Shown here one piece after another: positions 56,460-64,000 of a DNA stretch of 64,000 bases (position 1 is the stretch's first letter; every line of letters starts with the position of its first letter). A program made the position numbers and the translations under genes. A model generated the notes under the pieces. That model was given only the letters and a program-made list of their open reading frames with translations. It made no database searches and was not told the DNA's origin. Origin of the DNA: Acidobacteriaceae bacterium (GTDB lineage Bacteria; Acidobacteriota; Terriglobia; Terriglobales; Acidobacteriaceae); contig DATAZR010000046.1 of assembly GCA_036271955.1 (NCBI GenBank), positions 2,738 to 66,737 of the forward strand, in the 5' to 3' direction.

Positions 56460-58589
56460 TCAGCTTTTGCCTCTGGTCAGGCTCTCCGCCGCCAATGCGG
56501 AGAGATCGGCTGCGGGAGCGCCCTGGAATGCAATGGTGACGACGGTTATGTCATCGACCTGGCCGAAGCGGCTGGCTGCCTCCGCAATCTCCGCCGCGGA
56601 TTTGGTGCTGAGCGCCTGGGTGCGATCGAAGCCCAGCAGCTCGCCGGCCTTGTTCTGAGCCTCGACGACTCCGTCGGAAACGAAGGTGAGACGGTCGCCT
56701 GGTTGCAGCTGTGCGGTGATCAATTCGTAGCTGACGCCGGTGAGCATGCCCAGCGGAAGAGCGCCAGGCATCGGCAGTTCGATGCCGTTGCGGTAAGGCG
56801 GCAGATGGCCGGCATTGGCCAGCACCAGCCTGCCGCTCGCCGAGAGATAAGCGCAGAGGCAGGTGGTAAAGCCGCTGCCGAAGTCGCTGCCGCGGCCGGT
56901 CATGCGGTCGTTGAGGGCAGAGGCGAGCTCTCCCGGATCGCTGGTGTGAGCCGCTTCGGCGCGGATGACGCCGACGATCATGGAGACCATCATCGCGGCC
57001 GGCAGGCCCTTGCCGGCGACATCGCCGACGACGATGAGCAGGTTGCTTTCGCCGCCGGACCCTGCGACGGGGAGGATCTGGAAGAAGTCGCCGCCGACGG
57101 CGTCTGCAGGGCGATAGACGCACTCGATGGCGAAGCCTTCGATCTGAGGAATGGCTTCAGGGAGCAGGAGATTCTGCACCTGACGGGCTGCCTCGAGGGC
57201 GCTCTCCCAGCGCTCTTCGCGGCGGCTGGCGATAGTGAAGCGGCGGATGAGAAAGGCGAGCATGGCGAAGAGAAAGAGCAACTCGGCCAGCAGCGACGGA
57301 TGCATGGTGAAGGGCGCGACGACCAGAGGTGTTTCGATGAGGCGCGCTTCAATGGGCAGGCCGTACTGGTTGAGGACGATGATGACGTTGTCGGTGATCC
57401 AGAGCCCTTGCACAAGCACCACCGGCAGAAGCAACAGGCGGGCGTTCACATTACGCCGCAGCGCAGCGGCGCCGAGGATGACCAGCATCCAGATCGACGA
57501 TGGGAGCAGGCAGAAGACCTGGACCATGCCTCCGGTTGCAGACGAGAGCCAGCCCGGCCAGTAGGCGACATTGAAGATGGGGCTGACCAGTGCCGCGACC
57601 AGAATTACGTACCAGAGGAGATTCTTGCGGGCCTTGAGTACGCGGGTGAGAAAGAGAACGAACGCCACCTGGGCACAGGCCACCAGCAGGCCGTCGAAGA
57701 TATCGAAAATGGGAACCGGCGGAATTGAGTAGACCTGGAAGAGGACGGTCAGGGTTGAGTCGACCGCCTTGGAGATCAGCAGAATTGCGAACCAGAGGTA
57801 TTCGCGCTCTCCCGGCCGGAACAGAAAGAGGCCGAAAATAGTGATTCCGACGATGAAAGCGACGATCGAGTAAGCGAAGCGATCGACGAAGAGCAGGCGG
57901 CGATGCTCTCTGTGGTGTGCGTTCTCGACGACGATGAGGTCGGAGGCGCCCATCAGGTGGCCGACTATCTGGTCGGATGGCCCGCCGCCGATGTAGCTGG
58001 CCCAGATAGGAGAGTTCCAGACGCGAATGGCGATCTGGAAGCGGTGCGGCGCGGCTTGACTTTGCCCGTCAGCTTGCCCGGCGAGCGGAATGACCTGGTA
58101 GTTCCAGTCAGCGTTGGGGAAGATGTTGGGCGGCATCTTGCCGACCGAAGCAGCCAGATGGCCATCGACAAAGGCCTGATAGGAAGTCATCATGGGCGCA
58201 AGCTCCATCGCGAGCGCCGGATGGGATGCAGGAACCAGCACGCTGAAGCGGTACCAGCCAAATCCGCTCATGCCGGGATAGCCCTGATCGGACCATGGCT
58301 TGTCGGTCGCCAGAAGCGGCCAAGAGGAATCGTCGAATGTGGGCGTTGCCCAACCTTTTGAGTCATCCGCATCGTCGCCCGGATGAAAGCGCCATCGGCC
58401 GTCGAGTGGGACAAGCGGTTCGCGGTCGCTCTGATAGGCGAAGCTGGCTGCCGGGGTCGCGGAATTATCTGAAGCCGCAGGCTGAGCAACCAGTGGAACG
58501 CAGAGTAGCGTCGCGGCCAGAAGAAGCCACATAAGCGACCGGCGGGTTGGCGGCGGTTTGCGCATCGGTTTCGGTGGCGGCGCAGCCAC
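56460..58589 (-). CDS. SpoIIE/PP2C-family phosphatase with periplasmic sugar-binding jelly-roll and 7TM region
   Basis: WRFHPGD..W...DDSSW...GY.G..G.GWYR, about 7 TMs, VGGDFF, VGDVAGKG, NAGH, SDGVVEA and DDIT. Confidence 0.9.
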   Translation of the reverse strand: MAAPPPKPMRKPPPTRRSLMWLLLAATLLCVPLVAQPAASDNSATPAASFAYQSDREPLVPLDGRWRFHPGDDADDSKGWATPTFDDSSWPLLATDKPWSDQGYPGMSGFGWYRFSVLVPASHPALAMELAPMMTSYQAFVDGHLAASVGKMPPNIFPNADWNYQVIPLAGQADGQSQAAPHRFQIAIRVWNSPIWASYIGGGPSDQIVGHLMGASDLIVVENAHHREHRRLLFVDRFAYSIVAFIVGITIFGLFLFRPGEREYLWFAILLISKAVDSTLTVLFQVYSIPPVPIFDIFDGLLVACAQVAFVLFLTRVLKARKNLLWYVILVAALVSPIFNVAYWPGWLSSATGGMVQVFCLLPSSIWMLVILGAAALRRNVNARLLLLPVVLVQGLWITDNVIIVLNQYGLPIEARLIETPLVVAPFTMHPSLLAELLFLFAMLAFLIRRFTIASRREERWESALEAARQVQNLLLPEAIPQIEGFAIECVYRPADAVGGDFFQILPVAGSGGESNLLIVVGDVAGKGLPAAMMVSMIVGVIRAEAAHTSDPGELASALNDRMTGRGSDFGSGFTTCLCAYLSASGRLVLANAGHLPPYRNGIELPMPGALPLGMLTGVSYELITAQLQPGDRLTFVSDGVVEAQNKAGELLGFDRTQALSTKSAAEIAEAASRFGQVDDITVVTIAFQGAPAADLSALAAESLTRGKS

Positions 58590-58735
58590 GGTGGGTCTTG
58601 CTAGTCGATGGATTGAGAAGCTGACATGATGCTACTGTACGTAAGTTCGTTTGTCTGCGTTCTCTGTAGGCAGATGTGGTTCAAAAAATGGTGAGGATCG
58701 AGGGGATGAAGGCGACGATGCAGAGGATTGGCGGC

Positions 58736-59716
58736 ATGCAAAAGAAAGCAGTGGTTTCGATCTTGATGTTTGCTGCAATCGCCTCGGCGCGGCTAATTGC
58801 GCAGTCTTCCGAGCCGGAGCGAAGCGCCGCTACGCCACAGCTGGTTTGGATCGACACCGATATTGGCGATGACATCGACGATGCGTTTGCGCTGGGGTTG
58901 ATTCTGCGCAGCCCGGAGCTGCATGTGCTGGGTATCTCGACAGCGTTTGGCGATACCGAGACGCGGACGCGCATGGTGGACCGGTTTCTGGCGGCTACGG
59001 ACGAGCAGGCGATTCCATCGACGGCCGGGGTGCACACCGAGACCGACAATGTCATGACGCAGCGCGCGTATGGGGAGCGGTTTCCAGCGCACAAGCATTC
59101 CGATGGCGTGGCAGCGCTGCTCCAGGAGATCAAGCGGCATCCGGGGCAGATTACGCTGATCGCGATTGGGCCGCTCTTCAACATTGGCGCGGCTATCGAC
59201 CGCGATCCGGAGACGTTTCGCAAGCTCAAGCGCGTGGTGATGATGGGCGGATCGGTGGAGCGAGGCTACGGTCTGGAGAAGGATGGTTCGCCGAGACCGC
59301 CGGAGCCGGAGTGGAACATTCGCTGCGATCCCAAGGACGCGGCGAAGTTATTTGCGGCTGGAGTGCCGATCTTCATGATGCCGCTGGATTCGACGCAGGT
59401 TCCTCTGGATATAGCCGAGCGGGAGTCGATCTTCGGCGCGGGGAACGCGATTACCGACCAGCTGACGTTGCTATATCACCAATGGGGAGCGCATACCGGG
59501 AATCATTCGCCGACTCCGACGCTTTTCGATCCGGTGGCTGCGGCGTATACGTTTCGCCCCGAGCTGTGCCCGACGCAGCCGATGCGGATCGTCGTGGACC
59601 CAAATGGGCTCACGCGCAAGGTGGCCGGTGAGTCCAATGCGCAGGTCTGCCTGAAGTCGGATGAGAAGGGTTTTCTGAAGCTGCTGACGGAGCGGTTGGA
59701 GCAGCCGGCGAAGTAA
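58736..59716 (+). CDS. Inosine/uridine-preferring nucleoside hydrolase family, with signal peptide
   Basis: IDTDIGDDIDDA, IGPLFN, MGG, EWNI..DP and PLD.T. Start uncertain (58676-58736). Confidence 0.88.
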   Translation: MQKKAVVSILMFAAIASARLIAQSSEPERSAATPQLVWIDTDIGDDIDDAFALGLILRSPELHVLGISTAFGDTETRTRMVDRFLAATDEQAIPSTAGVHTETDNVMTQRAYGERFPAHKHSDGVAALLQEIKRHPGQITLIAIGPLFNIGAAIDRDPETFRKLKRVVMMGGSVERGYGLEKDGSPRPPEPEWNIRCDPKDAAKLFAAGVPIFMMPLDSTQVPLDIAERESIFGAGNAITDQLTLLYHQWGAHTGNHSPTPTLFDPVAAAYTFRPELCPTQPMRIVVDPNGLTRKVAGESNAQVCLKSDEKGFLKLLTERLEQPAK

Positions 59717-59755
59717 TTCACCGGCTGTTCCAGATTGACCCTGCGTGTGGGGGTG

Positions 59756-60190
59756 CTAATTCTTTGGCCGGATGGCTTTGAAAGCTCCGTCGTATTCTCC
59801 AAACTGCCAGGTGCCGGAGAGTGCGGCGGTGTCGTCCAGCTTACCGGCGATCTTCATCTGGTCGGTGCTGCTGGTCTCGTCGGAATAGAACGAGAAGTCT
59901 AGACTCAGATTCCCATCCTTATACGTCCCGATGGCGTTGGATTTGCCCCAGGTGCCGCTGACTTTGCCGTCGGCGTCGACGGTGAACTCTGCATCGACAT
60001 CGCGGTCGCCGCCGGGGGTGTCGAGGATGAAGTGCCATTTGCCGGCGACTCCGGTATCCGTGGGTTTGGTCTGGGCTGTGGCGGGGGTCGGGTCGGGGGT
60101 CTTGTCCTGAATCGTGCCCTGGGCTTTGGCCATCCCCGGGGCTGCCGTCAGAGCCAGGACGATTGCTGCAACTGCGAGAATTTTCTTCAC
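59756..60190 (-). CDS. Secreted hypothetical beta-rich protein
   Basis: GTG start with AAGGAG SD, signal peptide (AKA), Pro/Thr linker, and G.W beta-barrel-like pattern. Confidence 0.75.
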   Translation of the reverse strand: MKKILAVAAIVLALTAAPGMAKAQGTIQDKTPDPTPATAQTKPTDTGVAGKWHFILDTPGGDRDVDAEFTVDADGKVSGTWGKSNAIGTYKDGNLSLDFSFYSDETSSTDQMKIAGKLDDTAALSGTWQFGEYDGAFKAIRPKN

Positions 60191-60395
60191 CTTTGTGGTC
60201 TCCTTGAAAGAGTCTTGAGCTCGTGGGCTTCAGCGTCAGATTTTGCCCGTCCGATGCAGCCCAATTGTATGTGGCCAGCCCACACTTTGCGTTCCAGGCC
60301 GGGCACTTTTGGGATGTTCGAGGCTGATTTCCCTGTGAGTTTCCTTCTACGCGCGAATTTGCCGGGAAGTTCCCGCAATTTGGCCGCCGGTAGTG

Positions 60396-60424
60396 TTGAC
60401 CTCGCGGCGCGTTCTTGGTATCGT
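60396..60424 (+). promoter_or_regulatory. Candidate sigma70 promoter of the str operon
   Basis: TTGACC-17 bp-TATCGT. Confidence 0.5.
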
Positions 60425-60886
60425 TAGAAGGTTCCACAAGAGCAGGGTGAACCGCGTGCTGTACGCGGAAACCTTGCGGAGCGGTCCTCATGCTGGGTAG
60501 TTAAGCCACTTTTATGTGGCCGGCAGTTGAGCAACCCGCTGGGATATGACCCGGTTTTATAAGAACGGGCCTCCCAAATCAGTCCTGAAATTGCTCGCTT
60601 CTTGTGCGGGTGGGACTTTTCGCTACGGTGCCTGTGAGCCCCTCCACCTTGGAGGATTATGCAGGCCGGAACTGCGGAAACGGAATCGAACCTGGCCTGA
60701 ACGGGCAAGCGTACGATCACCGTCCCGGTTTTCGTCTGAGATTGGTACGAGGGCAGACGCGAAGCAGCAAATTGAGGCTTCCGCATGTTTGCGGCCTGAA
60801 ATGGGCTTGCAAATGCGCTGGGAAGCCATACTGCTGCGCGCGTCCGCCAAAGTTGTGAACGGGTTTTCGTTGTAAGGAGTCACGGT

Positions 60887-61288
60887 TTGCCGACATTTAA
60901 TCAGCTGGTTCGCAAGGGGCGCACGGCGCCACGGTACAAGACGGCTTCTCCTGCGCTGCAGGCTTCGCCGCAGCGGCGCGGAGTTTGCACGCGCGTTTAC
61001 ACCCAGACTCCCAAGAAGCCGAACTCGGCGCTGCGCAAGGTTGCGCGCGTCCGGCTGACCAACGGAATCGAAGTGACGACCTACATCCCCGGCATCGGCC
61101 ACAACCTGCAGGAGCACTCGATTGTGCTCATCCGCGGCGGCCGTGTAAAGGATCTGCCGGGTGTGCGCTATCACGTGGTTCGCGGCACCTTGGATTCGGT
61201 GGGCGTGGCCAACCGCAAGCAGAGCCGGTCCAAGTACGGAGCCAAGCGCGGCAAGGGTGGCGCGGCGCCGGCCAAGGGCAAGAAGTAG
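60887..61288 (+). CDS. rpsL: 30S ribosomal protein S12
   Basis: [20 protein letters not shown] and [12 protein letters not shown]; TTG start with AAGGAG SD. Confidence 0.99.
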   Translation: MPTFNQLVRKGRTAPRYKTASPALQASPQRRGVCTRVYTQTPKKPNSALRKVARVRLTNGIEVTTYIPGIGHNLQEHSIVLIRGGRVKDLPGVRYHVVRGTLDSVGVANRKQSRSKYGAKRGKGGAAPAKGKK

Positions 61289-61356
61289 GGTGCTTCCGCA
61301 CCTCTGAACTTTTGGACAAAGATTAAGGCCGGATAAGGGCCGAGGATTCGAGAAAC

Positions 61357-61827
61357 ATGCCTAGAAAAGGTCACATTGCGAAGCGGGAAGTAGCGCCCGA
61401 TCCGGTTTATGGTTCGACGCTGGTCACCAAGTTTGTGAACTCATTGATGTGGGGCGGCAAAAAGTCGACTGCCCAGGGAATCTTCTACACATCGATGACC
61501 AACCTGGAACAGCGCGGCGGCGACGAAGCCCTCAAGCTCTTCAAGCGCGCGGTCGAGAACTGCAAGCCGCTGCTGGAAGTGAAGTCCCGGCGTGTCGGCG
61601 GCGCGAACTACCAGGTGCCGATCGAGGTGAACCCGGAGCGGCGTACTTCGCTGGCGATTCGCTGGCTGATCACCTACGGGCGCGCCCGCGGCGAAAAGGG
61701 CATGATCGACAAGCTTACGAACGAACTTTTGGATGCAGCCAATGGACGCGGCGCGGCGATGAAAAAGAAGGAAGATGTTCACCGCATGGCCGAAGCCAAC
61801 AAGGCTTTCGCGCACTACCGCTGGTAA
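61357..61827 (+). CDS. rpsG: 30S ribosomal protein S7
   Basis: [16 protein letters not shown] and [15 protein letters not shown]. Confidence 0.99.
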   Translation: MPRKGHIAKREVAPDPVYGSTLVTKFVNSLMWGGKKSTAQGIFYTSMTNLEQRGGDEALKLFKRAVENCKPLLEVKSRRVGGANYQVPIEVNPERRTSLAIRWLITYGRARGEKGMIDKLTNELLDAANGRGAAMKKKEDVHRMAEANKAFAHYRW

Positions 61828-61922
61828 TCCAGCAGGGATTGAATCCGGAACATATGTTCCGGATCAGGTTAAAAGCCCGCAAGGGCTAACGGCGGACGGA
61901 AGTTCGCAGGGATAAAGACACC

Positions 61923-64000
61923 GTGGCTCGCACAGTACCGTTAAATCGTTGCCGGAACATCGGAATCATGGCGCACATCGACGCCGGAAAGACGACTGCC
62001 ACCGAGCGCATTCTCTTCTATACGGGTATTACCCACCGTATCGGAGAAGTGCACGAGGGCACGGCGACCATGGATTACATGGAGCAGGAGCAGGAGCGCG
62101 GCATCACGATTACCTCCGCTGCTACCACCTGCACCTGGAAAGACATCCGCATCAATATCATCGATACACCGGGCCACGTCGACTTTACCGCTGAGGTTGA
62201 ACGTTCGCTCCGCGTCCTCGACGGCGCAGTGGCGTTGTTCGACTCCGTCTCCGGCGTCCAGCCTCAGACAGAAACCGTCTGGCGTCAGGGCGACAAGTAT
62301 CGCGTTCCCCGCATTTGTTTCGTCAACAAGATGGACAAAAACGGCGCAGACTTCGAGCAGGCCATGGATACCATGCGCAAGCGCCTCGGAGCCCGGGTTG
62401 TCGCCATTCAGATCCCCATTGGCGCTGAAGCAAATTTTAAAGGCGTCATCGACCTGATGGATATGAAGGCGATTATTTGGCACGACGAGACCATGGGCGC
62501 GCAGTACTCGGTTGAAGAAATTCCCGAAAATCTGCTCAAGAAGGCAGAAGCCTTCCGCATGCAGCTGGTTGAAATGGTCGCTGAGACCGATGATGAGATT
62601 CTCGTCCAGTTCCTCGATGGCGACATGCCGACGTCGGCGCAGCTAAAGGCCGGTCTCCGCAAGGCCACTCTCGAGCTCAAGCTTTTCCCCGTCCTCTGCG
62701 GTTCGGCCTTCAAGAACAAGGGCGTGCAGACCCTGCTCGATGCGGTCGTCGACTACCTGCCCAGCCCGCTCGACATTCCGCCGATTATCGGCTTGAATCC
62801 CGCCGACCTGACGCAGGAGCTTGTTCGCCACTCCGACGATAGTGAACCCTTCTCGGCTTTAGGTTTCAAGCTGATCAACGATCCCTTCGGCAAGCTGGGC
62901 TTCATCCGCATCTACTCCGGGCAGCTTCGTACTGGTGACACGGTCTTGAATCCGCGTACTGGCAAGACTGAACGCGTTGGCCGCCTGGTCAAGATGCATG
63001 CCAACAAGCGCGAAGACATCACCGAGATCATGGCCGGCGATATCTGCGCCTGCGTTGGTTTGAAAGAGCTGAAGACGGGCGATACGCTTTGCGCGCCGAC
63101 CGCACCGATCGCCCTATCGGCAATCACCTTCCCTGACACCGTTATCTCGGTAGCAATCGAACCGAAGACCAAGGCTGATCAGGAAAAGATGGGCATCGCT
63201 CTCAGCCGTCTGGCTGACGAAGATCCTACTTTCAAGGTCAAGACCGACGAAGATTCAGGCCAGACCATCATCAGCGGTATGGGCGAGTTGCATCTTGAAA
63301 TTCTCGTCGATCGCATGAAGCGCGAGCACAAGGTCGAGGCCAACGTTGGCGAGCCCAAGGTCGCCTTCCGCGAGACCATCCGCAAGGAAGCCGATGCCGA
63401 AGGCAAGTACATCCGCCAGACCGGTGGTTCGGGCAACTATGGGCATTGCAAGATTCGCATCAAGCCCAGCGAACCCGGTACCGGCTATTTCTTCACCAAT
63501 GACACCAAGGGCGGATCGATTCCCAAGGAGTTCATCAAGCCCATCGACCAGGGCATCCGCGAAGCGCTCGATGGCGGCATTCTCGCCGGTTATCCGATTG
63601 TCGATGTGACTGTCTCGCTCTATGACGGCAGCTATCACGACGTTGACTCGAACGAAATGGCGTACAAGATTGCCGGTTCGATGGCCTTCAAGGAAGCTGC
63701 TCGCAAGGCCAGCCCGGTGCTTCTGGAGCCGGTGATGGCAGTCGAAGTGACGGTTCCCGAGGATTTTGTCGGCACCATCATCGGCGACATCAACTCGCGC
63801 CGCGGGCGTATTGAAAGTCTGGAGCATGCGGCAGGTTCGCAGCTGGTCAAGGCAATCGTTCCGCTGAAGGAAATGTTCGGCTACGTGAACGACATTCGTT
63901 CGTCCACGCAGGGCAGGGCGAGCTATTCAATGCAGTTCGCGCGCTACGAAGAGGCTCCGCGCATGATTGCGGATGAGATCATCGGGCGGGCGCAGGGCAA
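61923..64000 (+). CDS. fusA: Elongation factor G (runs off the window end)
   Basis: GTG start, [38 protein letters not shown] and YHDVDS; frame open to the window end. Confidence 0.98.
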   Translation, partial: MARTVPLNRCRNIGIMAHIDAGKTTATERILFYTGITHRIGEVHEGTATMDYMEQEQERGITITSAATTCTWKDIRINIIDTPGHVDFTAEVERSLRVLDGAVALFDSVSGVQPQTETVWRQGDKYRVPRICFVNKMDKNGADFEQAMDTMRKRLGARVVAIQIPIGAEANFKGVIDLMDMKAIIWHDETMGAQYSVEEIPENLLKKAEAFRMQLVEMVAETDDEILVQFLDGDMPTSAQLKAGLRKATLELKLFPVLCGSAFKNKGVQTLLDAVVDYLPSPLDIPPIIGLNPADLTQELVRHSDDSEPFSALGFKLINDPFGKLGFIRIYSGQLRTGDTVLNPRTGKTERVGRLVKMHANKREDITEIMAGDICACVGLKELKTGDTLCAPTAPIALSAITFPDTVISVAIEPKTKADQEKMGIALSRLADEDPTFKVKTDEDSGQTIISGMGELHLEILVDRMKREHKVEANVGEPKVAFRETIRKEADAEGKYIRQTGGSGNYGHCKIRIKPSEPGTGYFFTNDTKGGSIPKEFIKPIDQGIREALDGGILAGYPIVDVTVSLYDGSYHDVDSNEMAYKIAGSMAFKEAARKASPVLLEPVMAVEVTVPEDFVGTIIGDINSRRGRIESLEHAAGSQLVKAIVPLKEMFGYVNDIRSSTQGRASYSMQFARYEEAPRMIADEIIGRAQG

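Noticed and set aside
60887-61288. Streptomycin-resistance allele of rpsL
   Set aside because: The TPKKPNS and RVKDLPG lysines are wild type.

Overview
Bacterial chromosomal window of about 58-60% GC; gene content and repeats suggest Acidobacteriota (Terriglobales), which is an inference. In order it holds a caa3-type cytochrome c oxidase cluster, a Wza-like exporter with a priming glycosyltransferase, a LytS/LytTR pair, an MdtNOP/YtcA-type efflux operon, a uronate/alginate catabolic cluster, a GH16-lipoprotein/propeller kinase/NarL unit, tRNA-Pro(CGG), an acyl-CoA dehydrogenase, an M1 peptidase, aspS-hisS, a VapBC pair, an aldo-keto reductase, a desaturase, a gamma-CA, rpsU, an NCS2 permease, a cobalamin riboswitch-thioesterase-metE operon, a parS-like site, a frameshifted GH31, three DUF3857/transglutaminase genes, and the start of the str operon (rpsL-rpsG-fusA). 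The most striking observation is in hisS: it carries an in-frame, low-GC insertion of about 117 aa with a PD-(D/E)XK nuclease signature and no intein motifs, placed in a conserved hairpin of an essential enzyme. Other notable signals are a 21-22 bp phased repeat array near a GC-skew flip, covarying loss of the oxidase Mg site, a thioesterase under B12 control, a palindromic repeat translated in-frame, and probable CTG starts. All calls come from reading the sequence by eye; no database searches were run.
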